A stretch of DNA of 64,000 bases from Patescibacteria group bacterium (GTDB lineage Bacteria; Patescibacteriota; Minisyncoccia; Phycocordibacterales; PALSA-1337), in contig JAZKJN010000006.1 in the NCBI GenBank assembly GCA_040384285.1, forward strand, positions 46,709-110,708. Reading direction: 5' to 3'. Below the pieces are notes generated by a model. The model saw nothing but the letters and a program-made list of their open reading frames with translations. It did not search any database and had not been told where the DNA came from. Positions 17,726 through 27,511 of this stretch are shown here, piece after piece. A program made the position numbers and the translations under genes. Position 1 is the stretch's first letter, and every line of letters begins with the position of its first letter.

Positions 17726-18646
17726 CTATTCTTTGAAAAATTCCATAAATCGCATAGGGTCAATCGAAACACCGTTCAAACGGATTGTCATATGTAAATG
17801 AGGTGATTCCGCATATCCCGTATCGCCCGAAAGACCTATAGGCTGACCTTTTTTTATACTGTCCCCCTCTTTGAGATCGCGTCGAGAAAGATGCATGTAA
17901 AATGTATGCACGCCAAGTCCATGGTCTACGACGATCGTGTTGCCGTAGATAGTATAGAGGCGAGAGATGCGCACAATACCATCATTCATAGCAAAGACTT
18001 GAGTGCCTTTTGGTGCACGTAGATCAGTCCCCTTGTGGACAATTGTCGACTGCCCCGTGGCTCTATTGTATCCATAGTCATCAGTCACAGTTACAGATTC
18101 AAGAGGAAAACGAAAGGCCTCATCCCATAATATTTTGTTTTCAGTTTGGACTTGGGCGAGTTCTGCATTTTCTTTTGCAAGATTGCTGATGACGTTTTTC
18201 TCTCCCGCAGGAGTATTGCCTCCAAGCTTTTCAGGAATTCCCAAAGGAGCTTCGATCTTTGGACGTTCATTCACGCGTATCGCCTCTGAGCTCGTTGCTC
18301 CGCTCTCCCAGGTAAGCAAGAGATGATATGTTCCAGGTTTTTCGGTAAAATCCACGGGGATCAAAACTCGTGATTGACCCTTATATACAAAAGTAGGAAC
18401 TTTTTTACTTTTATACACAACTTCTTCAGGTACTTCGGAAAAAGAAACCATCACCGGATCACCTTGGATGATATGGGTAGGAAGAATTTCTACAGTCGGT
18501 GCAGGCACGACAACTGGTGCAGGAATCTCGGGAACCACTACTACTTCTTTGGGCTCGGGAACAACTTCTTTTTTAGGCATATCAAAAGAAAGAGCGTATA
18601 CAGCGATTCCTCCGAGAATTACAATAGCAATGAGTGTTTTAAACAT
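17726..18646 (-). CDS. M23 family metallopeptidase
   Basis: HKGTD, YMHLS, PHLH; N-terminal TM. Confidence 0.92.
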   Translation of the reverse strand: MFKTLIAIVILGGIAVYALSFDMPKKEVVPEPKEVVVVPEIPAPVVVPAPTVEILPTHIIQGDPVMVSFSEVPEEVVYKSKKVPTFVYKGQSRVLIPVDFTEKPGTYHLLLTWESGATSSEAIRVNERPKIEAPLGIPEKLGGNTPAGEKNVISNLAKENAELAQVQTENKILWDEAFRFPLESVTVTDDYGYNRATGQSTIVHKGTDLRAPKGTQVFAMNDGIVRISRLYTIYGNTIVVDHGLGVHTFYMHLSRRDLKEGDSIKKGQPIGLSGDTGYAESPHLHMTIRLNGVSIDPMRFMEFFKE

Positions 18647-18679
18647 GAAATGATTCTGTAAATAGATTATACTACATAT

Positions 18680-19612
18680 ATGAAGAAGCTTGATTCTAAA
18701 TGGTTTACGATCAAATATTTAGTAGCCTATGGTTTTGCTCTTGTAGCAATCGCCTTTGTTACCCTTGCCTCATATAGCTATGCACAATTATCTCATTTGC
18801 GTGATGATGTATCTCTTCTCACAGCACATATTTCAAGCCTGGAACTCACACTTGCTTCGACCACAGGAACTCTTGCAGAAAATATTACACAAACACGCTC
18901 TTCCCTTTCAGATGCACTCATCGAAGCAGAGAAAAATGCAAACAATCTTGAAAAACAATTAGGAAAGTTTCAGAAAGAGGTAGGTAATATTTCCGGAACT
19001 GTGGATGATCTTGAGAAACTCTCAAAAACCGATCCAGAACTTTTGCAAAAGTATTCAAAAGTATTTTTCTTGAACGAGCATTACTCCCCTCCTCGCCTCG
19101 CAGAGATTCCTGATTTTTACGAATACATTGAAGAAAGAACAACAAAGATCCATGAGTCAGTCTGGCCGTACCTCAAAGAGATGATCGATGACGCAGGAAA
19201 AGACAATGTAAAAATATATGTCTCATCTGGATTCCGATCTTTCAACGAACAAGGTGCACTCAAGGGAGCGTATACCGTGACCTACGGAAGTGGTACTGCA
19301 AACCAGTTTTCTGCAGATCAGGGATATTCTGAACACCAGCTTGGAACAACTGTTGATCTCATCACGGGAGGACTGAACGGAAGTCTCGATGGTTTCGAAA
19401 AGACACCTGCCTACACCTGGCTTCTTGCTAATGCCTACAAGTATGGTTTTGTCCTCTCATATCCGCAGAACAACGGATACTATGTCTTTGAACCATGGCA
19501 CTGGAGATTTGTGGGGGTAAAGCTTGCTACCTATCTCAAGAAGCAAGGAAAAAACTTCTACGACCTCGACCAGAGAGTAATCGATACCTATCTTATTTCA
19601 GTATTTGAGTAA
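18680..19612 (+). CDS. M15B (VanY-like) D,D-carboxypeptidase with coiled-coil stalk
   Basis: SGFRS, SEHQLGTTVD, EPWHWRF. Confidence 0.92.
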   Translation: MKKLDSKWFTIKYLVAYGFALVAIAFVTLASYSYAQLSHLRDDVSLLTAHISSLELTLASTTGTLAENITQTRSSLSDALIEAEKNANNLEKQLGKFQKEVGNISGTVDDLEKLSKTDPELLQKYSKVFFLNEHYSPPRLAEIPDFYEYIEERTTKIHESVWPYLKEMIDDAGKDNVKIYVSSGFRSFNEQGALKGAYTVTYGSGTANQFSADQGYSEHQLGTTVDLITGGLNGSLDGFEKTPAYTWLLANAYKYGFVLSYPQNNGYYVFEPWHWRFVGVKLATYLKKQGKNFYDLDQRVIDTYLISVFE

Positions 19613-19672
19613 TCCCCCTTTATCTTTCTAATCGTGCTACACTGAGACTCTTATTCCCTTAATTAAAATACT

Positions 19673-19837
19673 ATGAGTTCAATGACATGCACACAATGCG
19701 GAGGCGAAGTGAAGCCAAACGAAGCAGGAGGAGTAATGAAATGCGAAGGATGTGGATGCGAGGTAAAAGTTGAAGCAACAGTGGCTACACCAGAAGCAGA
19801 AGTTCCAGCTGCTACTCCCGTAGAACCAACTGTGTAA
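19673..19837 (+). CDS. 54-aa zinc-ribbon protein
   Basis: Manual translation MSSMTCTQCGGE...KCEGCGCE; terminator at ~19858-19889. Confidence 0.65.
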   Translation: MSSMTCTQCGGEVKPNEAGGVMKCEGCGCEVKVEATVATPEAEVPAATPVEPTV

Positions 19838-19911
19838 TACACATTTAGTATCCTCAATAAAAAAACCGTGGCTTTCACCGCGGTTTTTTGTTGCCTTTGT
19901 GGATATTTTGG

Positions 19912-20403
19912 TTAGATCGTCTCCATCTTTTCAATTTTTGTAAAGATCATTGTACCCTCACCACCTTCAAGCATGAGTGATAGATTCCCATCGGTGAGCG
20001 TGAAGCTCTGAACTTTTGCGAGTTCTCCGGTAAATTCTGCTTCTTGTGATCCCTCACAGTACATCTTTGTCATAGCAAAGGGACCAAAGGTGAGAATGCC
20101 TTCTGTACCCACCATATATATTCCAGAGAAATTGTTGCAATCAGTTGTTCCTGAAACCTGTGTATCAGAGGCGAGTGTAATGGTAAATTTTCCGGGAACT
20201 TTTGGAGCTGTCGTTGATCCTGTAGAAAGGACTGTCTTTTCCCACACCCATTCTTTGTCTGCAACGAGAGAAATATCTATCGGAGGAGTACTGCCTGCAG
20301 GAAGCTTTGGAGTTACTTCATCTTGTTTCGGCTTGAGAAATACAATTGCGAGAACGGCGAGGATAATGAGGATAACAACACGAATGATTATTTTTGATGT
20401 CAT
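19912..20403 (-). CDS. META (HslJ-like) domain protein
   Basis: GTTDCNNFSG, TKMYCEGS; N-terminal TM. Confidence 0.85.
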   Translation of the reverse strand: MTSKIIIRVVILIILAVLAIVFLKPKQDEVTPKLPAGSTPPIDISLVADKEWVWEKTVLSTGSTTAPKVPGKFTITLASDTQVSGTTDCNNFSGIYMVGTEGILTFGPFAMTKMYCEGSQEAEFTGELAKVQSFTLTDGNLSLMLEGGEGTMIFTKIEKMETI

Positions 20404-20426
20404 AGGGGTATAGTATACCAAAAACT

Positions 20427-20960
20427 TTATTCTCGAGGTAGATTTGACTCCCCTTCAAAATTCACTGCAACTTCCCCGAAGCGCATGCTTGGGACATCAA
20501 GCTTGAGCCAGAGACTCTTTCCATGAGATGGAGAAGTGGTGAAAGGTTCGTTTGGGAGACGTTCTGCATAGTTTATGACGACAATTCCTGGATGTACCCC
20601 TGGCTCTGTGGTCTGTGGAGCAATACGATCACCAAGAAGCACTGCATCGGTTCCCACGTATCCATCTGAAGTCTTTACCGCTCCGACGACATAGTAGAAG
20701 GTTCCGCTACCTCCCGGAGAATATGTGATGAGAAAAATCTTGTCTTCAACCCCATCGAGATCAAGATCGATTGCAAGTTCATTGCCAAAGTATTGTATAT
20801 CTCCCCCAATTGTTGCCCGTGCGCCATCAAGAAAAAATTCTGTTTCCTTATAATCAGTGGCGACAGGAGCTTGTTTTTCATTGTAAATATAACTATTAAA
20901 TGCAAAGAAGGCTCCTATGATAATCCCAAGTATGAGCACAATTATGATGAGTTTTTTCAT
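20427..20960 (-). CDS. Hypothetical membrane-anchored protein
   Basis: N-terminal TM; DLDLDG, GGSGTFYY, LGDRI. Confidence 0.8.
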   Translation of the reverse strand: MKKLIIIVLILGIIIGAFFAFNSYIYNEKQAPVATDYKETEFFLDGARATIGGDIQYFGNELAIDLDLDGVEDKIFLITYSPGGSGTFYYVVGAVKTSDGYVGTDAVLLGDRIAPQTTEPGVHPGIVVINYAERLPNEPFTTSPSHGKSLWLKLDVPSMRFGEVAVNFEGESNLPRE

Positions 20961-21019
20961 ATGCTTAGTGTAGCAAGTAAAGTGATTTTTGAAAATAAAA
21001 AAAGAAAGTATCGCTACTT

Positions 21020-21682
21020 TCAGTTGCGTCGAGCCTGGAGGAAGGGGTTAAGTTCCCTTCGGATCTGGCTGGTGAGAAGTTTCATTCCTAAGGCACTCAG
21101 GTGAAGTTTGTCGCCAAAGTCATACTCCGGACGAAGCGCGCCGTCCGAGCCAAGATATCGCGCATCGATGAAGCGTACGCGTGGGAGTTTGAGAATCTCC
21201 GCGTTCAGCGCATCGATCTTTTGCATAGGAAACTGGCTTGTAGGAAGAATGAGTACCACAAAGATGGGGACGTTTGTCGGGATTGCATCAATTATTTCTT
21301 TCAAAGCCTTGATGCTTCCCTGCCTCGAGACTCCGTGGTGCACATCGTTGACCCTGCCGTTTATGACGACGGCACGGGCATTTGAAAGCGAGTGGTAGTC
21401 CCTGACACGCCGAGCAAGTCCGAGGGAGTCTTCTCCGCCGATGCTGTAGTTTACTGCGGGACTGACAATCGAGTTTTCCTGCATTCGCGAGAACATACTG
21501 TCGCCGAGGAATACCACCGCATTCTCCGGAGCGTTTTTGTCCGCTTCCGCAAAGACACGACAGTCTGAACATTTCTCGGGACCACCAATGCTCACGAACA
21601 CTTTCTGAGAGAATTTTGAAGTAGCGAGGAAAAAGAGGAAGCCGACTGAGGCCACAGCCCAAAGGATTGGATTTGTTTTCAT
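21020..21682 (-). CDS. SGNH/GDSL hydrolase
   Basis: FLGDSM, NYSIGG, GRVND, DKLH. Confidence 0.82.
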   Translation of the reverse strand: MKTNPILWAVASVGFLFFLATSKFSQKVFVSIGGPEKCSDCRVFAEADKNAPENAVVFLGDSMFSRMQENSIVSPAVNYSIGGEDSLGLARRVRDYHSLSNARAVVINGRVNDVHHGVSRQGSIKALKEIIDAIPTNVPIFVVLILPTSQFPMQKIDALNAEILKLPRVRFIDARYLGSDGALRPEYDFGDKLHLSALGMKLLTSQIRRELNPFLQARRN

Positions 21683-21731
21683 AGTTGCAAGCTTTCTCCT
21701 TGCATCCTATCAAAGTCTCGGAGGGAGTCAA

Positions 21732-22157
21732 TTAACCTTTACTCACCATTCGCTTTTTCATGTAGATATGTCCCAGGTACGTAAAGACGATAAACATTGG
21801 CAATGCAATGACAGTAAAGAATACATCATGTCCGATTGCTATGTTGTTGAGAAGCCCGAGGATGGTAAGAATGATTCCTACTCTCAATGAAAGTCTGTAG
21901 GTTGATTCTTTTGAGAGGTATGTTGTCACACAACCTGCCTTGAATGCTCCGAGTACCCATCCGACAAAGACCAGAATGTACGCAACCCAAGGAAGAGATG
22001 CTGTGAAGGCGTGGACAGCTTCTACATTTCGTATATCGAGATCTGTGGGAAGTGGGTAGAAGATGGAGTTGATAAATTCACAGATCATCATGACCACAAA
22101 TGCAGTGAGGAGTCCCGCAACCACCGGCCAGAGCTTTGTTTTTAAAAATGTTTTCAT
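21732..22157 (-). CDS. Hypothetical membrane protein
   Basis: Four hydrophobic segments. Confidence 0.75.
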   Translation of the reverse strand: MKTFLKTKLWPVVAGLLTAFVVMMICEFINSIFYPLPTDLDIRNVEAVHAFTASLPWVAYILVFVGWVLGAFKAGCVTTYLSKESTYRLSLRVGIILTILGLLNNIAIGHDVFFTVIALPMFIVFTYLGHIYMKKRMVSKG

Positions 22158-22226
22158 GGGAGAAGTATAGCAATGAGCAGAGTAAATAAAAAGCGCGATG
22201 GGAACCCTCCCACCACGCCTGATGAC

Positions 22227-22504
22227 TTAGCGACCTTGACTCGCTTGATGCTCTTTATAAGCCTTCCATGCCTCTTCGTACCTCGCGCGCTGTCTCGGTG
22301 TAAGCTCCTTGAGACCGTCTTCTACTTCGCGCAAAGCTCTGGCATGGAGCAGTTCAAGTTCTTCTTTCGACATGTTTGACATGCGACGATTGGACCTGAC
22401 TACTGCCTGGTTCAGCTTGTGTTTTCTTCTCCAACGATTCGACAGAAACTGCCAACTGGATCACAGACCCAGCGCGACAATTTCTGCATAGTTTGTGTAT
22501 TCAT
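22227..22504 (-). pseudogene. Small hypothetical gene with apparent 1-nt frameshift
   Basis: AAGGAGG RBS and ATG 22504; adding one T in the TTT at ~22447 joins it to a helical frame ending at TAA 22227. Confidence 0.4.
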
Positions 22505-22553
22505 TTTTCACCTCCTTTCTTTGGATACGTTCTGGGGAAATTGTAGCATACCT

Positions 22554-22943
22554 CTATTTAATCCTCTCCAACTTCCCTTTTCTCTTCACAATATTTTTGT
22601 AATCCCACTGAATATCTCGTGATTTTTTGAGCCAGCGTGCGAGGTCTTCTGTATTGATCTGGTCTACGGAAGTATATCGAGCTTGGGCTGCTTTGAAACT
22701 TCCCTCAGTTTCCAAACCCTCTTCTTCAAAAGATTGACCGCTCCAAAAGAGTAGCTGAACAGATTCTTTGAGTTTTGCGTAACCTGCAACAGGATTGCCA
22801 TCAAGAAACCACACAGGATGTCTGTGCCAGATTTTGTTTTCTGCTTCAGGAAGAGCTTTGGTGATTTCGGTAGCAAGAAGATCACAGATTTCTCTGTTTT
22901 CTTTGGTGAGGGCTTTGTTGTAGGTGGTGATGTCGGGGTTCAT
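22554..22943 (-). CDS. DUF1801 domain protein
   Basis: ENKIWHRHPVWFLDGNPVAGY...LFWSGQSF...IQWDY. Confidence 0.88.
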   Translation of the reverse strand: MNPDITTYNKALTKENREICDLLATEITKALPEAENKIWHRHPVWFLDGNPVAGYAKLKESVQLLFWSGQSFEEEGLETEGSFKAAQARYTSVDQINTEDLARWLKKSRDIQWDYKNIVKRKGKLERIK

Positions 22944-22953
22944 GGTGCTGTAA

Positions 22954-24183
22954 CTATATTGTTTTTTCTTGAGTAGGCTTCACTTTCTGCAATACAAAAA
23001 GACTTATGACGAGAAGGAGCATCAGAGAGAACAGTCCCACCTGATATCCCCGCACCCCTTCTCCTACAGTTATGAGGGCGAGGCTCCAGATCAAAGGTCC
23101 TACAAATGTTGCAAATCTTTCAGCAACGACATAGTAGCTATATGAGGAAGAAAGAAGATTTGGAGGTGCAAGCTCTCCCACCAAGGCCCGACTGATTCCC
23201 CAGACCGGACCGAAAAGTATTCCGGCGAAGAGAAAGATGACGACAAGAACCTTGAAGCTTGATACGAATATCATAGCAAGGAATATAAAGCACCAGATCA
23301 CCAAAATTGTTTTCAAAACTTTTAATTTGCCTTTTTTATCAGCGATTTTTCCAAATATGACGGCTCCGAGTGCTGCAAGAATGAGAATGCTTGCAGTGAG
23401 AATTGATTTTGTTGTGTCAGTGGCATGATGAACTGTTTCGAGATACAGCGGAAAATTGTTGGCAAAGGTGAGCATGGCATCACTAAAGAGGAAGTATGCG
23501 AGCAAGAGAAATGCCAGTGGCTTATATTTCAACAAATTTTTGAGCAAAGAAAGAGGATGGGCTCGGAGCGTATCTTCAGACAGAGCGACGACAGGATCAG
23601 TGTTTTCCCGATAGAAAAGAAGCATAGGTAATACCAGGAGCCCAAAGATAATTGTTGCTGGAAAAAGAGCTTGGGCTCTGCCTGGATCTCCAAACAAAGT
23701 AATCCCATTTACAAACGGAAGCGTAATCAAAATTCCTATCACCTGTCCTATTGAGTTTGCCCCTTGGCCGATACCTGAGACGAGTGAGCGATTTTTTTCG
23801 TTTGAAAGATCATTGAGCATCGGCGTAAAGTACAAGAAACAGAGAAGGTACACGTAGGTAGTGAGCGTATACAAAATAGTAACAAAAAGTTCTAAACCAT
23901 CAGTGAGTGTGGCAAAAAGAGATGTAGCGAGAAATCCCGTAAAACAGAGAGCTGTGCACAGTCGGAGACCTCCGATCTTTCTGCGAGTAATATCCACCTT
24001 CTTACTTACCCATGGTGCAGTGAGGATAAAGAGGAGAGAAGAAATAATGAGAGCAACGTTGTACCACCAGGCAGGCTTGCCCTGATCGATCACCAACCAC
24101 TGAGAGAAGTAGAAAAGAAACGCGATAAGAACGATAGAGTTTGCAAAGTCGTAGAGTGACCACAGGAAGACTTTTTTGTTCAT
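22954..24183 (-). CDS. MFS transporter (UMF1/Atg22-like)
   Basis: WSLYDFANS, 12 TM pattern, SRALVGEL. Confidence 0.88.
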   Translation of the reverse strand: MNKKVFLWSLYDFANSIVLIAFLFYFSQWLVIDQGKPAWWYNVALIISSLLFILTAPWVSKKVDITRRKIGGLRLCTALCFTGFLATSLFATLTDGLELFVTILYTLTTYVYLLCFLYFTPMLNDLSNEKNRSLVSGIGQGANSIGQVIGILITLPFVNGITLFGDPGRAQALFPATIIFGLLVLPMLLFYRENTDPVVALSEDTLRAHPLSLLKNLLKYKPLAFLLLAYFLFSDAMLTFANNFPLYLETVHHATDTTKSILTASILILAALGAVIFGKIADKKGKLKVLKTILVIWCFIFLAMIFVSSFKVLVVIFLFAGILFGPVWGISRALVGELAPPNLLSSSYSYYVVAERFATFVGPLIWSLALITVGEGVRGYQVGLFSLMLLLVISLFVLQKVKPTQEKTI

Positions 24184-24230
24184 GAGGAAAGTATAGCAAT
24201 TTAAAGATATTTTGCGAGGTTTAAGAAAAT

Positions 24231-24386
24231 AAAACACTCCCAGACTGCCGAGTCTGGGAGGTGGCCACAACTGCTACTGATGATTGCCAGACATCAGCAC
24301 TCCTTGCATGGAGACTACCAAGTCAGAGTTACGAGGCAATCCCTCTGGTTAAGTCAAAATATATCAGCAAGCCAGAATGCCGACAG
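24231..24386 (-). ncRNA. Candidate structured sRNA
   Basis: TTGTAC-18-TATCAT promoter, consecutive hairpins, terminator 24231-24260, only trivial ORFs. Confidence 0.5.
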
Positions 24387-24492
24387 GGTGATGATAGCAC
24401 GAAGTATTACGGCGGTACAAGAAATTTAAAAGGGCAACAAAAAAACGCCGTCTGCAAAGACGGGCGCGTTAGGAAAAGTTGGAGGAAAAAGA

Positions 24493-24789
24493 TTATTCAG
24501 ACAAAACAATCACTCGATTTGGATTGCCACGAGAATTTTGAACCCTTTGACCGGCAATATTCAAGCTCGTGATCCAGGCATCGGCTTGGGCGTTGGCAGC
24601 AATTTCCTCTGGAGTAAGAGCGGAGACGATCAATTGAAGATGACTTCCGTCACCAGAAGCAGAGCCAATTAATCCTGTGCCGTCATAACGACAGAAGAGT
24701 GCTCTGTTGGCCTGGTGATCTTCGGGGGTCTCGGCGGTGTAGTCAATAACCATTGTTCCATCGGGGTGGAGTGACAATTGTGTTTTCAT
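24493..24789 (-). CDS. Hypothetical protein
   Basis: ORF from MKTQL followed by terminator at ~24437-24470. Confidence 0.55.
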   Translation of the reverse strand: MKTQLSLHPDGTMVIDYTAETPEDHQANRALFCRYDGTGLIGSASGDGSHLQLIVSALTPEEIAANAQADAWITSLNIAGQRVQNSRGNPNRVIVLSE

Positions 24790-24854
24790 ACGTAAAAGGT
24801 GTGCAGGTTGTTTCACCAACACAATACAACATATATCTAGGTATTGCAAATCAT

Positions 24855-25784
24855 CTACTTCACCGCATCCTCAAGTTTCTTGATATCAAACTTCTTCATC
24901 TGCAAAAAGGCCTTTGTGAGTTTTTTGATTTTTTCCTGATCTCCACTTGCCATCACTTCATCCATCATAGTTGGCACGATCTGCCATGAGACACCAAACT
25001 TATCCTTGAGCCATCCACATTGTTCTGACTCAGGCACATGAGAAAGCTTGTTCCAATAGTAGTCGATCTCTTCCTGGTTCTCACAATTGACGATGAATGA
25101 GACTGCTTCATTGAACGCAAAGTCGTGCGACCCCGGTCCATCCATAGCAGCAAACCATTGTTCAGCAAGTTTGTAGTCGGTAAACATCACTGTACCTTCT
25201 GTATGAGGATCTATACCTGCGGGATAGAGGGCGAGAGTACCTCGTTGTGCTTCTTCTTTTGCGTCCTTGAAAACAGAAAGGTAAAAGTCAGTAGCTTCCT
25301 TGGCCTTGCCATAGGCAGTGTTTGCAAAAAGAAGTGCAGGAATGATCTGTGGTCGCTCTTCTCCAGAAGGATTAGTGAGGATCAACTGCCAGCTCAATCC
25401 GTATTTGTCCTCTATCCAGCCGTAACGCTCGCTGAAAGGATACTTGTCGAGTGGCATGAGTGCCTTTCCTCCTTCAGACAACTTTTCCCATACGAGGTCG
25501 AGATTCTTTTTTGCATCTGCGTCTTTTGAAGGATCAAAGTTCACCATCATCGAAATCGATGGATTGAATTTAAAATATGGTCCTGCACTGATTGCCTGAA
25601 ATGGAGTTCCTGCAAGTTCGAAAGAAACAATGTCGCAATCCCCCGATGGAGTATCAGTGATTTTTGAAATGGTACCGATTTTTGACGGTAGATTTGAATA
25701 GGGAAAAAGAGAGGTGTAGAAGTTTGCAGCCTCTATCGCCTGTGTATCAAACCAAAGATGGGTTGTTATCTTTTTCTTGTTCAT
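24855..25784 (-). CDS. VOC family protein (PhnB/3-demethylubiquinone-9 3-methyltransferase-like, tandem domains)
   Basis: LWFD...AANFY; GWIEDKYGLSWQ and GWLKDKFGVSWQ duplicated motif. Confidence 0.9.
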   Translation of the reverse strand: MNKKKITTHLWFDTQAIEAANFYTSLFPYSNLPSKIGTISKITDTPSGDCDIVSFELAGTPFQAISAGPYFKFNPSISMMVNFDPSKDADAKKNLDLVWEKLSEGGKALMPLDKYPFSERYGWIEDKYGLSWQLILTNPSGEERPQIIPALLFANTAYGKAKEATDFYLSVFKDAKEEAQRGTLALYPAGIDPHTEGTVMFTDYKLAEQWFAAMDGPGSHDFAFNEAVSFIVNCENQEEIDYYWNKLSHVPESEQCGWLKDKFGVSWQIVPTMMDEVMASGDQEKIKKLTKAFLQMKKFDIKKLEDAVK

Positions 25785-25794
25785 ATTTTCTATA

Positions 25795-26250
25795 TTATCT
25801 CTCCGCCACCACCTTCAATATCTCGAGGGCCTTTGGCCACATACCATTGAATTCGTCTTTCATTTCATCCACAATGTCTACATCCACTTTCACTTCAGTT
25901 CCCCCATCCTTTTCTATGAATGTGTAGTTTTCAAAAGACGGCGTCCACTTTTTCACCATATCACTTGTTGTATCGATCACACCATCTTGGATCATCCCAA
26001 CATGCTCGATAGAGATAAATTCATGCGGACGATTGACCCGCACCATACTATACATACCTCCCGCATTCGGCTTTCCGTTATCATCACAGCCAAGAAACTT
26101 CATCGCAGACCCCGCCTCCCAGTTTCCCTCAAAATATGAGCCGGGATTAAAAGGCTTTGTCCATTCACGGTATGAAGCATCATCGAGCATCGCATGCCAG
26201 ACTTTTTCTCGAGGAGCATTGATAAAAATTGAAAAATGTAATGTTGTCAT
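25795..26250 (-). CDS. SRPBCC/AHSA1-like domain protein
   Basis: INAPREKVW...W...F...WPKALEILK. Confidence 0.85.
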   Translation of the reverse strand: MTTLHFSIFINAPREKVWHAMLDDASYREWTKPFNPGSYFEGNWEAGSAMKFLGCDDNGKPNAGGMYSMVRVNRPHEFISIEHVGMIQDGVIDTTSDMVKKWTPSFENYTFIEKDGGTEVKVDVDIVDEMKDEFNGMWPKALEILKVVAER

Positions 26251-26330
26251 ATGTATTTTTTAATATATATGTTGTAAGTATAGTAGATGACGTGGTGAGG
26301 GGCAATGGGTTACGGGGAAATTATTGATAA

Positions 26331-26690
26331 TTATTTTAGAGGAATTAAATTGGCCAAATGGAACGAAAGTGATATGAACAAAACAATCGTTACAAATGTA
26401 AAGAATGTCCACCAATAAAATATTCGATCCCATTGTTTCTCATCAAGGTTAAATCTAGAAAATAATTCAGGACTCTTGTCCCTAAAAAAACTTATGTTTT
26501 TGAAAAAGATGTAGATTATAAACAGAGAACAAATTAAAAATATTAGATCACTCCTAGAATCACTGTCTTTGAGAAAAACTGAAGAAAAAGTTAGGAGTGA
26601 AAGTATTTGAATTAAATTAGGAATTTCATGTGCCCAACACTCTAGATAGTTTATGTAAATATCGAAAATAGAAGCAGTTGACTTATTCAT
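26331..26690 (-). CDS. AT-rich hypothetical membrane protein
   Basis: Three TM segments; starts 10 nt after the tRNA-Gln 3' end. Confidence 0.55.
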   Translation of the reverse strand: MNKSTASIFDIYINYLECWAHEIPNLIQILSLLTFSSVFLKDSDSRSDLIFLICSLFIIYIFFKNISFFRDKSPELFSRFNLDEKQWDRIFYWWTFFTFVTIVLFISLSFHLANLIPLK

Positions 26691-26700
26691 ATTTTTATTT

Positions 26701-26774
26701 TGGCTGCGGGACTTGGAATCGAACCAAGATTCACGGCTTCAAAGGCCGCTGTACTACCATTATACGATCCCGCA
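26701..26774 (-). tRNA. tRNA-Gln(UUG)
   Basis: Cloverleaf TGCGGGA/TCCCGCA, anticodon arm GCGGC-CTTTGAA-GCCGT, GGTTCGATTCC, encoded CCA. Confidence 0.96.
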
Positions 26775-26856
26775 ATGTGTATATAAAGTACATTAAAAAT
26801 CACGAATATTCAAGCCGTTAACGTGGGTTTTATATTAGATCTGCTATAATCTTCTC

Positions 26857-27507
26857 ATGAAAAAGAACGCTATCCTCCCCCTCTCCATTATCATAGTCAT
26901 TGTTGTACTAGGCTCATATGTTTTTAAACCTCAAGAAAAACCTGAGACTCGAATAACTTCGGCCACCTCAACAAGCCCCACACCGATTATCGAAAAGAAA
27001 CCCCTTACACCCGATGAAATAATAATGAATTCAACAATGGTTGTTGTAGGTCCGTATGACAAAGTCCCAGAACTCCATTGTCCCGAAGGTTACGGAGCTA
27101 TCGCAATAGCGGGTAGAAATGACACACGAGCGTGGTGTAGTCCCCTTCCTGCAGTAATAGAGCGACCCGTCTATGGTCTATATGGTAAATATACTACATA
27201 CGAGAGAATAGACGAACGAATCTCATCCGAAGTAAGGACTTGTACGGCTTTCACTGTATACGAAGGGAGCAATGAAAATATCTCGGAATATATCTCAAAG
27301 ATTAAAAGAGGAAATACCGTCAATCATCTCGATAAAGATGGCCGTCTCGTTTTAAATATCAAACCAATCCAACTTCCCCTTGAGGATCATGCGCTTCTTG
27401 TTAATTCCACCTCATCGATCACACTAAAAGTAAGGAGTAGGGTTTTGGAAGGAGGAGATGCAGATGCTTGTGAAAGTTTTGTGGAATTGGTTTCTGTTGA
27501 GAAATAA
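26857..27507 (+). CDS. Hypothetical membrane-anchored protein
   Basis: N-terminal TM; TGCTATAAT 6 nt before ATG. Confidence 0.7.
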   Translation: MKKNAILPLSIIIVIVVLGSYVFKPQEKPETRITSATSTSPTPIIEKKPLTPDEIIMNSTMVVVGPYDKVPELHCPEGYGAIAIAGRNDTRAWCSPLPAVIERPVYGLYGKYTTYERIDERISSEVRTCTAFTVYEGSNENISEYISKIKRGNTVNHLDKDGRLVLNIKPIQLPLEDHALLVNSTSSITLKVRSRVLEGGDADACESFVELVSVEK

Positions 27508-27511
27508 CTCC

